Made by a program: the position numbers and the translations under genes. Below, piece by piece: positions 233,019 to 245,025 of a stretch of 248,000 nt of DNA. The notes beneath the pieces are model-generated. The model made no database searches and was not told where the DNA came from. It was given only the letters and a program-made list of their open reading frames with translations. Numbering within the stretch: the first letter of the stretch is position 1; each line of letters begins with the position of its first letter. Where the stretch lies: contig VRVR01000021.1 in the NCBI GenBank assembly GCA_009859145.1, forward strand, positions 20,001-268,000, written 5' to 3'. Source of the stretch: Andalucia godoyi And28. Lineage: Eukaryota; Protista; Jakobida.

Positions 233019-234845
233019 ATGGCTGTTACATCTCCTCCTAGTGGGGAACTCCAAGAGCTGTATCGACTTTGTACTGTGATTTCAAGCGAGTTACCAAGCG
233101 CAGAAGAGCTCCAGGCACGAAACTACCCTCAATTATGTGAATTTGCATCTGCTATTCATGATGTTCACCATATTGTGTCTGCCGATCATGTCTTGTCGGG
233201 TTCAGATTCCGACGCGACTGTGCCGATTTTGACACCGGAGCCGTTTGAAATGCTCAATCAAGCCGCAAGCTGGAACCGAATGCTGCATCCCGAGCACCCA
233301 GACCACGCAAAGCCAGTTCTTCCTGCAATCTACGTGGCTCCGTCTCCTGTGTGGGCACTGTTCATCTGGGCTGCCGCCCCACCTGGAGCGATTCGAGAAC
233401 TCCGCATTCGATGGTCACTGCTTCCAGAAGCGCCTGTTCTGTACTTTTTGCTTGCTGAGCCGTCTTCTAAAGTTACGTACATCGATGGATCTGGGTCCGG
233501 TGCAACTCCCGCAGAGTTTGCTCAGCTTTCCGATGCACTCTGCTCAGGAAGCTCCGAATTGCAAAGCAGTGTCCAGTCCATTGTTCTGCACCACTGCGTC
233601 TGTGAAACGGAAGGCATGGCACACCTTAGCAAGGCGCTGTCGAGTCTCGGCCAGCTTGTCCATCTTGATTTGACTGGATGCAGAATCGGAGATCGCGGAA
233701 CAATTCTTCTCGCTGAAGTACTTGCTCAGCAGAATTGCAGAATTTCGTATGTGGGTCTGTCTGAGAATGCGATATCGGGGGACGGTGCAGAAGCTCTCGC
233801 CCAAGCGATGCGAAGAGGGAGCCGAAGCGTCCGTGTGCTAGACCTTTCGAGAAACACTATTGGCGGCAGCGGATCCAGGAAGTTCGTTAGTGCCCTGCAG
233901 CAGAATGTGTCATCCGAGACGTGCGTGTTGCTGGAAGAACTTGACTTGTCGTGGAACTCAATCAAGGACTCAGGAGCCACAGATGTTGCAGAGCTTGTGG
234001 GATCCCTTTCGCAGACCGCGCCACGCTTGCATACGATTCGAATCCGCGGAAACATGATCAAGGAGGAGGGATCCATCGCACTCGCAAGCGGTCTGAAAAC
234101 TCTCCCAGCAGCCTCCAGCGCACGATCCCCGCTGTCTCGATTGGACCTCAGCGGCAACCAGGTTCGTGACGCCGGATTTGCAGCGTTGTGCACCGCTCTC
234201 CAGCACTCTGCGTGCTCGTTGGACGTGCTTTCTCTCTCCCTTTGTGGAATATCATCGAAAATGATCAGTCCTCTTGTAGAGGCACTGGCATCCCGATCCG
234301 CCGAAGGCAAGAGCTCATTTCGCCTGCGAGAATTGGACCTTTCGTCGAACACCCTCGGGATGAATTTGGAACGTTCCGAGCCGGAGCGGGCACGGTTTTC
234401 TGCGTTCTGCACGGTCCTGTCCTCCCAACCGACGCTGCAGATTCTCGATCTCTCCGAAAACCGGATCTCTGCCCAGTCCGCCGCCTTCCTCGCGCCGGCA
234501 TTGCGGACCAATCGCTCACTGTCCACGCTACGACTGAAGAGAAATCGCATTGAAACTGCTGGCTTGCGTTCATTGATTCCTGCGCTTGTCGAGAATCTTT
234601 CTGCCCCGTCGTCCGTCCTTTCACTTATTGATCTTGGAGAAAACGAGATTGGAGCAGAGGCCATCCATGCACTGGTGGATGTTCTGAAACCACTGGATTC
234701 CAATGACAATGCAAGCACACGCTCGGGCGTCAGCGTGCTGGTTCAGAGGAATGCAATCCCAAAGGATTGGAAGCCTCACGGAGCATGGCACCGCATCCGA
234801 GTTTCTGCCGATGAACCGAAAGCGATGAAGCCGATTGTTTCGTGA
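233019..234845 (+). CDS. RNI-like leucine-rich repeat protein
   Basis: Repeated LxLxxNxIGxxG units. Confidence 0.85.
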   Translation: MAVTSPPSGELQELYRLCTVISSELPSAEELQARNYPQLCEFASAIHDVHHIVSADHVLSGSDSDATVPILTPEPFEMLNQAASWNRMLHPEHPDHAKPVLPAIYVAPSPVWALFIWAAAPPGAIRELRIRWSLLPEAPVLYFLLAEPSSKVTYIDGSGSGATPAEFAQLSDALCSGSSELQSSVQSIVLHHCVCETEGMAHLSKALSSLGQLVHLDLTGCRIGDRGTILLAEVLAQQNCRISYVGLSENAISGDGAEALAQAMRRGSRSVRVLDLSRNTIGGSGSRKFVSALQQNVSSETCVLLEELDLSWNSIKDSGATDVAELVGSLSQTAPRLHTIRIRGNMIKEEGSIALASGLKTLPAASSARSPLSRLDLSGNQVRDAGFAALCTALQHSACSLDVLSLSLCGISSKMISPLVEALASRSAEGKSSFRLRELDLSSNTLGMNLERSEPERARFSAFCTVLSSQPTLQILDLSENRISAQSAAFLAPALRTNRSLSTLRLKRNRIETAGLRSLIPALVENLSAPSSVLSLIDLGENEIGAEAIHALVDVLKPLDSNDNASTRSGVSVLVQRNAIPKDWKPHGAWHRIRVSADEPKAMKPIVS

Positions 234846-235014
234846 CGCGAGGAGCATGCGGTGAGAGTGCGAAGCCCAGGGGGAGAAAAATGTGTGAATT
234901 CAAGACGCTGCAATCCTTATATTATTACTTCCCGGCTGTACTTTTATGACTAACACACGCGGAATCGAATAAATTACACACAAATCACTCACACGCTTAG
235001 TCTGCTGATGTGTG

Positions 235015-235455
235015 TTACTTGTCCGAAACACCGCCCTCGCGAAGATTGATGCCGTACTCCAAGTACGCCTTCAGGGAGCAGAGCATATGCATCCACCCCT
235101 TTGTCTGTCCATACGACTGCTCCAAGTTTGCTGGGGCGTCGTCCCACCCAGTTTCGATGACCTCGACAAACGTGTTTCCCTCGTTGAGTGCACGGAACGT
235201 CATGGCAAACTTGTTATTAGTGCCACTTGCAGGCCACTCTATCACAATGCGTTCGTTTGGAACAACTTCGATTACCACCACTTTGAAAGTAACGCCGAAC
235301 TCCGCAAACGACCACGTGAGCTCTGCGCCAGGTTCGATGCGACCGCTTGCAGTACTCACAAAGTACGACGACAGCTTCTGCGGGTCCGCCACCGCTTCAA
235401 ACACCTCTGTTGCAGGTTTCCGAACCTTGATCCCGGCTTTTGCATAGTAAGTCAT
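235015..235455 (-). CDS. Single SRPBCC/AHSA1 domain protein, bacterial type
   Basis: VRKPATEVFEAVADP..YF..GW.HMLCSLKAYLEYGINLR. Confidence 0.85.
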   Translation of the reverse strand: MTYYAKAGIKVRKPATEVFEAVADPQKLSSYFVSTASGRIEPGAELTWSFAEFGVTFKVVVIEVVPNERIVIEWPASGTNNKFAMTFRALNEGNTFVEVIETGWDDAPANLEQSYGQTKGWMHMLCSLKAYLEYGINLREGGVSDK

Positions 235456-235924
235456 CCACTCTAATATGCTGCTGCCCTCGCAAATCAACACGCAACAAAA
235501 ACGATTTCCCACACTTGCTCGCGAGTCGCCCCCCACATCCCCCCGCACTTTTTGTGTTCCCAGCTGTCCCGGCGCCCCGACTCCCGACTCCTGACTCCCG
235601 ACTCTCGACTCCCGGAGTGCTCTTACAACCTCACCCAATTCTGCTTTTGCGGGACAAACGGCAGTCGTAAAAATTAAGAAAACCTCTCTCTCACACGCGC
235701 AACCATCCTCCAACACGATCGTACATGCGTTGTGTGTCCTCAAGCGCAAAGCTGCAAAGTGCAAGTGAGGATTATTTGGATCGCATCTCGTTCGCCATTC
235801 TTCAAAATGCTTCATCTTTTGTTTTCTTTCATTCCGCTCATACGTATCAAAGAAGGAAGAGGAAGGGAAAAGGAAGGGTGCTCGGAAAAAAAACAACGCC
235901 CCCCCACTGCAGCGCACATAGTCA

Positions 235925-237375
235925 ATGAATCGTGCGTCTTCGACATCCAAGCCTGGTGCTTCAGTGCACTCGATCGCGGCGCGATGCGAACTGCGCTTGG
236001 AGGTTTCTAGTCCGGTTGCGATCATGCTGAAGTCTGGCGAGGCCGAAGTGTTTGGGGCGGCGCTCACTGCAAGCCAGCCTGTTTTGTACAATCAACACGC
236101 TAAACTTTCTGTGTTTTCGTGGAATGGGGCACAAATTGAAATCATCGGGGAGCCATCAGACTATGAGCTCTATCAGGCCTCCGAGACGCCAATTCCTCAG
236201 CACTTGCAACTCTGGGACGAGCTCATCCAACACCCCTCCACGTATGCCTTTATGGTTATTATTATTGATTTATTGATTTATCTATCTGTTGATTGGTGTT
236301 GTTGTCGTTACAATTTTCTTACAGTTTGCAATGTCCCGAGTTGTCTAGATTGTCCAAGAAGCGGATCTTGATATGTGGACCTGTGGACTCGGGCAAGTCT
236401 TCGCTGGCCCGGATGTTTGCGTCGTGGACTTGCCGAAGCGGTCGACCGTGCATCGTCAGTGACTTGGATCCGTCGCTTCCACTTACCGGGCCTCCAGTGT
236501 GTTTATCTGCGGTCCACACTGCGGTGCCCATTGATACCGAGTACGACGCGGACCTCTTGGCTCCGCTGTCTGTGTTTTATGGGAATCCGTCGCCGGCTGA
236601 CAATGTATCTGTGTACCAGTCGTGCGTTGCGGCGTTGTTTCGGCATTTGGATGAGAAGCCGCCGGCGAACACTAGTCCTTGGATTGTGTCTGCTGCCGGG
236701 TGGGTCGATGACGTGGGCATCACGGTGCTGCGCGACGTTGCTGTGTCGATGAGTGCAGATATTGTGCTGGTGCTTGGTGACGACCGTTTGGCTTCGAGAA
236801 TGAAGAAGGATCTTGAGCAGCACAAAATCCAGGTTCGAAAAATTGCGAAATCAGGGGGTGTCGTTCAGCGAAGTGTGCAGTCCCGCTCTGCTGCGCGATC
236901 TCTCATGTTCAAGAGGTACTTTCAAGGTCTGCCGATTCAGATCGGGTCGGCCACGTACCTGAAATCAGGATTTGGTTTGCATCCAAATTCACTGGTTCTG
237001 TCGTTTGACGAGATTCGTATTGTGGCCGTAGGGGGCGGTCCTCGAGCCCCCGAGTCGTGCTTGCCAATCGGCGAGTCCCAGTCGCTGGATCCATTTCGAA
237101 TACGGAACATTCAGCCAAGCGAGGTCAGAGACTCCGTCCTGGGTGTTGTCGGCGGACCCATAGCGGCTGCTTTTCTGGAGTCGAGAGAAAAGCCTGCTGG
237201 ATCAGTCCCGAAGGATAATCCGCTGCAGAATGCGTTTTGGAACATGCCGATTGCAGGGCTTGTGTTTGTCCAATCTGTCGATGTTGAAAAGAAACTCATC
237301 ACCATTCTTGCGCCAAACTCATTTCCTCTTCCTTCCAAAGTTTTTCTTAGCGGCTCTGTAAAGTGGATTGAATAG
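235925..237375 (+). CDS. CLP1: Clp1 polynucleotide kinase / cleavage factor, one intron
   Basis: LKSGEAEVFG, CGPVDSGKSSL, DLDP, GGVVQRS. Confidence 0.88.
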
Positions 237376-237376
237376 T

Positions 237377-237377
237377 T

Positions 237378-237451
<74 letters not shown>

Positions 237452-237477
237452 GTAACAATAGTAACAATAGTAATACA
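237377..237477. repeat. (TAA)n microsatellite
   Basis: Direct reading. Confidence 0.9.
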
Positions 237478-237536
237478 AAAAAGCACCGGGACTACTAGCA
237501 AGCGCGGACTGGCACACCTGAATTCTCCGTTGCCCG

Positions 237537-237872
237537 CCGCTGGCCAGAAAACATGAATCACGACTGGTCATCGGGCAGGATCATCGAAATCAACATATCC
237601 CTCAATCGATTCAACATTCAAAAATGAACGTTGGAGGAAACAGAATGTAATCGGCGAACGACATCGCGCCTGACGACGCTTTTACCTTTGCTCCTTCTTG
237701 TTCTCTGACTTGAAAGCGCATTCCGAACGCGCAATCGATCACATCTTCGTGATTTAAAATATCTTGCTCAGCAAGAACAGAAGATAGTAGAAAGAAAAGA
237801 AAAGTGGACTTGACTGCGGTAAGGAAATCGTACTGTTTGACGTTCAATGTTGACACAGAAAGCTGTCAGCTG
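237537..237872 (+). mobile_element. Family C-related element with a different interior
   Basis: Shares the left end (CCGCTGGCCAGAAAACATGAATCA) and right end (GACTTGACTGCGGTAAG..AAAGCTGTCAGCTG). Confidence 0.6.
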
Positions 237873-238067
237873 TACGACACCATCCATCCAGTCGACTGTC
237901 TAAATGTAAATAATGCAAAGATATGTTCCGTCTTATCACGTGACGCGCGACCCAAACGAAGGTATGGTTGTCTTTTTGTGTGTGTTGGTTTGAACAGTCT
238001 CGTGTCAAGCAGCATATTTGCATCGTCATCTTCCAAATGCCTGCATACAGGTAAGAAGCTTGCAGTT

Positions 238068-239057
238068 ATGGAAACCGAGTCTCTTTTGCAACAACAGTCC
238101 TCTTCACCTGCTCCTGGGTCGCCGCCGCAGCGTCGTGCAATGTCCGGGCGGTCGCAAGAGAGTGGGCCAGTGCGGATTCCACGGGCACTTGGTGCTTCAC
238201 AGCTGGACTCGCTCATTCTGCAAGCGGATGTTGAGAGCATGCTTCGGATGCAGTGGAAACGCATATTTGCGCTTGCAAGCCCCGTCTTTCGAGATGATTT
238301 CCAAGCAGATCTCGAGGCTCTCTTTTCTCTGTTTTTGTTTCGGTATACATTGTGGACTAACTACCAGACGTATTCAGACAAGCTGCTCGATATTTCGTAC
238401 CGCATTGCAAACAAGGAAAAGATGACGCTTGCGAATCCGTCTCGACTCCGTCTTTTATGCTATGCCGTTGTAACAGTCGGAATTCCGTATTGCTATCAGA
238501 AGTTCGTTTCACTGCAGTTCACGAATGCAAAGATCATTGAGCGCGCCCATCTTCTTCTGGAGATTCTGAACCGATATCTGTTTTTGTGGACTGGCGAGTT
238601 CCGTACCGTTGCCGACCGTGTCTGCCAAATGCGACTCTTGCCTGTACGCACTGCAACCCCGCGCATCCCTTACTACGACTTCCTGCATCGCCAGCTTGTC
238701 TGGAAAACATTTTCCGAGTTTGCGTTGTTTGTCTATCCGCTAATTAAGTCCCGCATCTGCAGAGTACGAACCATGCTGCTGCGAACCGTGTTTCGGACGC
238801 TTCGATCGCCGAAACATGACCGTGGCCAACGACTGTCTTCACAGGATACCCTGGCGCCCACCACTGGTGCGTCGACCATTCCGCGACAGTGCCATGCGTG
238901 TGAAGCAAGTCCCACAAAGTTTCCGTGTGCAGCTTCTTGTGGCCACGTCTTTTGCTACATGTGCATTGCAGGCTCTGTCGAGGCAAATCCGGACGCTGCG
239001 TGCCCTGTGTGCTATGCGCAGTGCTCGCCTATTCGCCTGTTGTTTCCCGCTCCTTGA
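238068..239057 (+). CDS. PEX2: Peroxin-2 (Pex2/Pex12 domain + RING)
   Basis: SQLDS, RTVADRV, YYDFLHRQLVWKTFSEF, CHAC..CGHVFCYMC..CPVC. Confidence 0.88.
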   Translation: METESLLQQQSSSPAPGSPPQRRAMSGRSQESGPVRIPRALGASQLDSLILQADVESMLRMQWKRIFALASPVFRDDFQADLEALFSLFLFRYTLWTNYQTYSDKLLDISYRIANKEKMTLANPSRLRLLCYAVVTVGIPYCYQKFVSLQFTNAKIIERAHLLLEILNRYLFLWTGEFRTVADRVCQMRLLPVRTATPRIPYYDFLHRQLVWKTFSEFALFVYPLIKSRICRVRTMLLRTVFRTLRSPKHDRGQRLSSQDTLAPTTGASTIPRQCHACEASPTKFPCAASCGHVFCYMCIAGSVEANPDAACPVCYAQCSPIRLLFPAP

Positions 239058-239076
239058 CGCCGCCCCCGTCGTCGCA

Positions 239077-239244
239077 ACCACGAGTTTCTTGGTTCTCGGT
239101 GTCTTCGGGCATGGCCGGTTTTGAGTTTGTTGGGAAGATCCCTCTTTGGAGCCATGAGATGTTTTGTCTTTGTCTTTGACGAGGTGGTTGCTGCTTGAAG
239201 GTTTGATTATGAAAAAATCAAACATGTTGTTAAGCTGCCAGCCG
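239077..239244 (+). mobile_element. MITE-like element family C partial copy
   Basis: Interior block and right end TAAGCTGCCAGCCG. Confidence 0.65.
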
Positions 239245-239460
239245 TGTTCTTGGGCAGCATATCGGATGCTTGTTCGAGACCTGTCGACTGCGGAATGGCT
239301 GCACAACCAAACACGAAACTTTTAGAAAAGCGCCAACATAAACAAATCAAATCCAACATGCCAATCTTCATGGTAGTAGTAGACGTAGTAGTAGACGTAG
239401 TAGTAGACGTAGTGACTCTGTGGGATAGATCAGTCAGAGCGGATAAGGACCAAAGAGACG

Positions 239461-242400
239461 ATGGATGCGTCAACGGTCGACGAACATCAAGAAGAAGATG
239501 CAGCAATTGGGATTTACAAAACATACGTTGCTAAACACGGATTATTTCGGGTTTTCCGCTCCACGTTTCAAGAATTCAACCGCATTGTTGCGCTTGTTCT
239601 TCCTGAAAACCCATACAGTGTCATTCTTGGAATCCTTTCGTCACAAGAAGTCGGAAATTTAGTATCGAATGCCTCTGCGCCACAGCCTGCTGCGCTAGGA
239701 GATATGAAAATCGATGTCGTTCTGTTGAATGGTAAGACTCTTCCGTATCCGCTATGCAGAATGCCCAGTGAAAAGAACCCGATCACAGGGCTTCGCCACT
239801 TGTTGGGGCACGTGCATCCATTGTACATCCACGCTCTACGATGCATCATCGCGGCGTTTCAAATTCCCGACATAGAAGAGTGCGCCATGACATCACCGGC
239901 GACGGCATCCGCAACGGCAACTGCTGCAAGTGGAGCGAAGACGTCGGAATCATCGAGGATGCACGTGGAGTCTGCAACGGCCGTTGTGATCCCGACAGTG
240001 TTGTTTCCAAACATCATCAAGAACCTTGCGTGCCCTTTGTGTGTCCGAGAGCACGTACTGATTACGTGCACGGGAATGGAACACGGTTCGCAGGTGCTCG
240101 CGAGACTTGTGTACTCGCAAGTCCGTGCGATCATGGGAAACAACCCCATGCGATGTTCTCTCCAGCGGGCTGTCCTCCAGTTTCCCCATCTTCTGGACGC
240201 CGAGGACCAGGAAATCCCAATGGATGTGCTCGCCGCAGCCCCGCAACAAAAGGATGAATCGGTCCGAAGGCTAACGGATATCCTCGGCGGTGTTCTTGAA
240301 AAGTGCCCCGACATCAAATTCGAATTCTTCCTTGACACGGCAACAGTTTCTCCGCAGCAAGACTTGCGCTTCCCGTCTGCAGAGTTTTCGAGGTTCACGG
240401 ACCATCGGCTCGTGTTGGTTTGCAAGACGTTGTCGGTTTCCCTCAAAATGCAGTCGGACAGCCGAGTTGTCTCCATCAGTCACTTCACTGGCTTTCCAAT
240501 GCGACTGTTATTGGAGGGAGTGTTTCTGGACACGGACTCGGCTGCTCGCTACATCTCGTGGTTCGATCTGGGCTCTCAGCCAATGGAAAAGAGCATTTTG
240601 CGCATGAAGGTGTCCTATGCGACATCGTTCAAGAAAACAAACACTGTCGGAAAGTCGTTTTCTGCTGCCGTGGATGCCCTGCTCCCATATCTTTTGCTAC
240701 AATTGACAGATTCGGATGCCGATGGACCAATCCTTGATGAGCTTCAAAGCCTCCTTGGATCACAGTTTGTTGAAACTTGTCAGCAGGTCCAGGGTTCTTG
240801 CTGCGCACTCTTGGCAAATGAATCGCTGTGGGGTACTTGCATGCCGTCACAAATCGTTCGGTCGTTGCGATTGCTTGTCAAGTCCATCGCCCTCTCGGAT
240901 GCCCTCTGTCAAGCTCCGTTTCTTGAGGCCTGCATTCGCGTGGTTGAGAAGGTTGACGGGCAAAAAATGGCGAACAAGACACCGGCTGTGAATATGTTGA
241001 AGCGTCTCGACGATCTTGTGCTCGCCTTACTCAATTCATCGCTGTTCCTGCTGTTCAACGCAAAGCATTTGCATGTTGGTTTGTGGGTCGAGAATCAGTT
241101 CCAAATGAAACAGTTTTTCCATTATCCAAGTCTTGCCGAGACGAAAGACACGGACCAAGTGCTTTCGACGTATGTTCCTTATGAAGTCCGACGGTTTCAA
241201 CGGTTTCTGCTGGTGCCAGACGGCGTGGTTACTGAATCTGTACTTGCTCAGTACTACGTCGATTCGCAATTGGATTCTTTCCTGCAGGATTGCTTCCAGG
241301 CCTGCTTTCGATCAGATCCATTGACGCCGTATCCGTTGATGTTGATTGTCGATTTAGCGAAACAGCGGTACATGTCCTATCGCTTGTCTCTCTTCCTGGA
241401 GGCTGTGGAATCGAACAGGAGCCTGAGTATTTCCTTCTCGTCTGACCCGCAAGATGTGGTTTCGGCAAGCACGACGTCGTCGTTATCAAACGGGGTTGTT
241501 TCCTTTTACGGTTCCAAGATCGCATTGGCGATGTTTGCAGCAATTGAGCAGCCAGTGTTTCGCGAACTGGCGTTTCAAATCTTGTCTGTCGTCGTGGAGA
241601 AATCTGTCCCGCCTTTTGGGTTTGAAGGGCCCACGTTGGCCATTATGGGAGGCTCGTACAAGGTCGATTCTTGCATGGCACTGCGACTCCCGTGTGTCAA
241701 TGTGGACGGAAGCTCAATGACAAGCAGCTGCTGCAGCTTCGTGGTGGAAGAACTGTACATCGTTGAGGGCCCTGACACGCACGACGGATTGCTGTACGCT
241801 ATTGAAGTGTTTCTTACACGAATTGTAGACGCTCTGAATCGCGTTGGAACTGCCACGATTGATGCTCAGCAAACGGCGCAGTTTTATCCGCTATTTGTTT
241901 CCATCGGTGCACAAGCCAGAGTTCCGGTGTACGAACTGCTCTCTGATTTAAATGGTGCGATGCAGAAAATTTCAACGCACCTGTGGGCCGGTGATGCCTC
242001 TGATGTGTGCGTTGAGGGCGCTGTTGGGTACCCGTCAGATTTACGGGGCTCTCTTGTACGTGGTCCGGTTTGCATTCGATGGGCAAAGTATGTGAAATTT
242101 GCATTCCGATCAAGCAGCACTCGAGTGCGACGTGATTTTTCCAGGTTTGGCGTCGACCGATTGGACAGTTGCCTGTTCTTTTCAAAGTCCGACTGCTCGA
242201 CGTTTGAAAAGATCTGTCCTCGTCCTCCCATGCCGTCAGCCATCCAGCATGCTTCCCTTCTTGAACTTGCATCACAGGATCTGATAGCAGTTTGGCGTCG
242301 CAGTTTTGAGGAGGGGCAGTGCTACGCTTTCATGTCCTTGTCAAGCCTGGTGTGGCTGCAGTCTGTGAAAGGTGCTCTGTCGTTCCCGGAACCGTCCAAT

Positions 242401-242910
242401 CTCAAGCATTGGCTGAAAGAGAACCACCATCGTCTTCAGAATGGCATCAATTTGGACCAGGACCGGGCCCGCGAGGAAACAGAAACAGAAATGTCCTTTG
242501 GGAAATCCATCTTTTACGACACCTCGCGCTTGTCGTTCTGTATTTCCAATTGGACGACAGCATGCGCTCCGTTCCTGAGCTTCCTGGAAATGCTCGAAAC
242601 CGCATTACCGCTGCCCGATTTTCTAGAGGCCTCTTGCACTGCGCAATTTTTCGACTTGAAATCAAGATCCCGTGTGCTGCTGGAAAATCGACAATGGTAC
242701 AACTGCTTCTTCTATGAAGACTTGATCGCGGCACATCGCGTGTTTTCCAGCATGGATCCCTCTATGTTTTTCAGTGATTCCATGGCAACCTTCCGGCGTC
242801 AGTTTGCCTCGTATATACGACTCTCTGTACAAAATGCGGCCACCACCGTTTTCCGTCAGCTGTCGAAATCAGAAGCGCAAGCTCGGCAGCTTCTGTCGCT
242901 GGTTGAATAG
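239461..242910 (+). CDS. Large hypothetical protein (Dpy-30/RIIa-like N-terminus)
   Basis: YVAKHGL..LPENPYSVI. Confidence 0.55.
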   Translation: MDASTVDEHQEEDAAIGIYKTYVAKHGLFRVFRSTFQEFNRIVALVLPENPYSVILGILSSQEVGNLVSNASAPQPAALGDMKIDVVLLNGKTLPYPLCRMPSEKNPITGLRHLLGHVHPLYIHALRCIIAAFQIPDIEECAMTSPATASATATAASGAKTSESSRMHVESATAVVIPTVLFPNIIKNLACPLCVREHVLITCTGMEHGSQVLARLVYSQVRAIMGNNPMRCSLQRAVLQFPHLLDAEDQEIPMDVLAAAPQQKDESVRRLTDILGGVLEKCPDIKFEFFLDTATVSPQQDLRFPSAEFSRFTDHRLVLVCKTLSVSLKMQSDSRVVSISHFTGFPMRLLLEGVFLDTDSAARYISWFDLGSQPMEKSILRMKVSYATSFKKTNTVGKSFSAAVDALLPYLLLQLTDSDADGPILDELQSLLGSQFVETCQQVQGSCCALLANESLWGTCMPSQIVRSLRLLVKSIALSDALCQAPFLEACIRVVEKVDGQKMANKTPAVNMLKRLDDLVLALLNSSLFLLFNAKHLHVGLWVENQFQMKQFFHYPSLAETKDTDQVLSTYVPYEVRRFQRFLLVPDGVVTESVLAQYYVDSQLDSFLQDCFQACFRSDPLTPYPLMLIVDLAKQRYMSYRLSLFLEAVESNRSLSISFSSDPQDVVSASTTSSLSNGVVSFYGSKIALAMFAAIEQPVFRELAFQILSVVVEKSVPPFGFEGPTLAIMGGSYKVDSCMALRLPCVNVDGSSMTSSCCSFVVEELYIVEGPDTHDGLLYAIEVFLTRIVDALNRVGTATIDAQQTAQFYPLFVSIGAQARVPVYELLSDLNGAMQKISTHLWAGDASDVCVEGAVGYPSDLRGSLVRGPVCIRWAKYVKFAFRSSSTRVRRDFSRFGVDRLDSCLFFSKSDCSTFEKICPRPPMPSAIQHASLLELASQDLIAVWRRSFEEGQCYAFMSLSSLVWLQSVKGALSFPEPSNLKHWLKENHHRLQNGINLDQDRAREETETEMSFGKSIFYDTSRLSFCISNWTTACAPFLSFLEMLETALPLPDFLEASCTAQFFDLKSRSRVLLENRQWYNCFFYEDLIAAHRVFSSMDPSMFFSDSMATFRRQFASYIRLSVQNAATTVFRQLSKSEAQARQLLSLVE

Positions 242911-242997
242911 CAAGTGCTGCTTTCATCCTTCTTTAATCAAAAAAGGAAAAGAAAGAAGATGGAAAAAAATTAGCGATAAAATCTCCCCCCGCAGGCT

Positions 242998-245025
242998 TCA
243001 CACACGATTGTCTGCGCAAGAGACTGGGCTGGCCGACACCGAAACTGCATCCAATGGCTCCAATTGCCTGACGGTGTGCCGTATGGTCTGTTTCTCGACG
243101 AGGTTTCGATAGATTCCGTGGGCATTTTGCATCAGACTGTCATGAGTTCCTTCTTCAGCGATCATGCCCTTATCAAGCACAATCACGCGGTCAGCCATTT
243201 GCACGGTCGACAGTCGGTGAGCTACCATGATGACTGTTCTGCCCTTTGTGACTTGCGACATGGCTTCTTGGAAAGCATGCTCAGCCTCTGCATCCAACGA
243301 GGATGTTGCCTCGTCAAGCAGAATGACGTCTGGATTTCGCAAGATGAGACGCGCAATGGCGATGCGCTGTTTCTGACCGCCACTGAGCTGCACTCCTCGG
243401 GGACCGACAACCGTATTGTATTGATCCGGTAGGGATATGACAAAATCATGAAGTTGCGCAATCTTGGCGGCTTGCACAACGGCCTCTTCTACTTGTCCTG
243501 AAGCGGCGGAAGACGACAAGGCACAGCGAATATTGTCTGCGATTGTTCCACTGAGAATTGTTGAATCTTGACTGACAATCCCGATTCGAGACCGGATGGT
243601 CTTTTCTTCGATGGTGGCAATATTTCGTCCATCAAGAAGGATGCAGCCTGAAGAAGGGTTGTACAGACGCAATAGCAAATGTAAAATTGTGGATTTTCCT
243701 CCGCCGGAAGCCCCCACCAACGCAACCACTTCGCCCTTTCGGATCTCGAGCGACACGTCTTGCAGAACAGGAACATTGGGCCTCGAAGGATACGCAAACC
243801 GCACGCTCAACATTTCGATTTGTGGCGCTGCTCGATCCTCAGAGGTGCTGGACCGCGGAGAAGAAAGCCGGGCGGCGGCGGTGGTGGTGGTGGTGGAGGG
243901 ACCTTCCAGCAAAAAATTTCCAGCCTCCGCATCGCAGGCTGCAGACCTGACGCGGGGCTCCTTGTCTTGCTGCCGCGCGTTCTGCGTCTGCGAATCGAGC
244001 ACAATATCCATCATGTCCTCGGCTCCTCCAACATTCCGCATGAAGTCTCCGGCTTGGTGGGACAATGCACCCAAAGCGTGCGCGATCAGCACAGCGTACA
244101 ACACAAACGACGTCAAGTCTCCCACAGACAAGTTTCCGTCTCTCAACAGTTTGGCGCCGTACCAAAAGACGAGAACTATCGACATGTAGGACAGCCACTC
244201 TGCGCCGCCCTGGAACGTTCCCACTGCCACTGCCATCTTTTTCCCCCACAAATAAGACACCCCAGTGGCCACATCACACCGGTCCTGTGCAAGCTTTTCT
244301 AAACTAAACGCTTTCAGAAACCGAACGTTTGAAAGGCTCTCTTCGGCGTAAAAGTTTGCCGAGGCGACGCTGGACTGGTAGGATCTGGATAACTTGCGAA
244401 CAACCATGGAGTACACGATGCCTGCAAGTGCCAGCACCGGAAACACCGAGCTCATCACGAGTGCGAGTGTCCAACTAATGTAGAGCAAAATGCAGATTCC
244501 TCCAACAGCCTGGATAGCAAAGCGGACTGCCATTGGCAAGTGCAGCGATGTTGCAGCTCTGAGCAACGCGGTGTCGACGGAAACCATCGAAGAAAGCCCG
244601 CCGGCGTTCGGATGCGTGTCAAAGTACGACACAGGCTTACTCAGGAATGACGATATGAGAAGTGACCGCACATGTGCCGTCGTCCGCTCTCCTGCGTACG
244701 CGAAGAGGAACCCTCGCACAGCCGTGCAGACAGCTCCGACTGACAGCACAATGGCCAGAATTCCAGCTCGCGCTCCAAGCTCGCTTTCTGATTTCGCATC
244801 GATGAGAATCCCGACACTCAAGGGCACATACAGATTCACTGCGACGGACAGCAGGAGTGCGAAAAGCCCCATCAGCAGAAGATGCCACTCAGGTCTGCAA
244901 AGGAGCATGCATCGCTTGAAAAGGGAAAACGACGACTTCACTCGAGATTTGATGGCAGGATCCGAGCCAGTGTCGGCCGATGCAGAAGACGATGGCAGAC
245001 TGCGCGGATAATATAGTGCGCGCAT
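242998..245025 (-). CDS. ABCB half-transporter (ABCB10/TAP-like)
   Basis: GASGGGKST, LSGGQKQRIAIAR, LLDEATSSLD, AHRLST. Confidence 0.93.
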   Translation of the reverse strand: MRALYYPRSLPSSSASADTGSDPAIKSRVKSSFSLFKRCMLLCRPEWHLLLMGLFALLLSVAVNLYVPLSVGILIDAKSESELGARAGILAIVLSVGAVCTAVRGFLFAYAGERTTAHVRSLLISSFLSKPVSYFDTHPNAGGLSSMVSVDTALLRAATSLHLPMAVRFAIQAVGGICILLYISWTLALVMSSVFPVLALAGIVYSMVVRKLSRSYQSSVASANFYAEESLSNVRFLKAFSLEKLAQDRCDVATGVSYLWGKKMAVAVGTFQGGAEWLSYMSIVLVFWYGAKLLRDGNLSVGDLTSFVLYAVLIAHALGALSHQAGDFMRNVGGAEDMMDIVLDSQTQNARQQDKEPRVRSAACDAEAGNFLLEGPSTTTTTAAARLSSPRSSTSEDRAAPQIEMLSVRFAYPSRPNVPVLQDVSLEIRKGEVVALVGASGGGKSTILHLLLRLYNPSSGCILLDGRNIATIEEKTIRSRIGIVSQDSTILSGTIADNIRCALSSSAASGQVEEAVVQAAKIAQLHDFVISLPDQYNTVVGPRGVQLSGGQKQRIAIARLILRNPDVILLDEATSSLDAEAEHAFQEAMSQVTKGRTVIMVAHRLSTVQMADRVIVLDKGMIAEEGTHDSLMQNAHGIYRNLVEKQTIRHTVRQLEPLDAVSVSASPVSCADNRV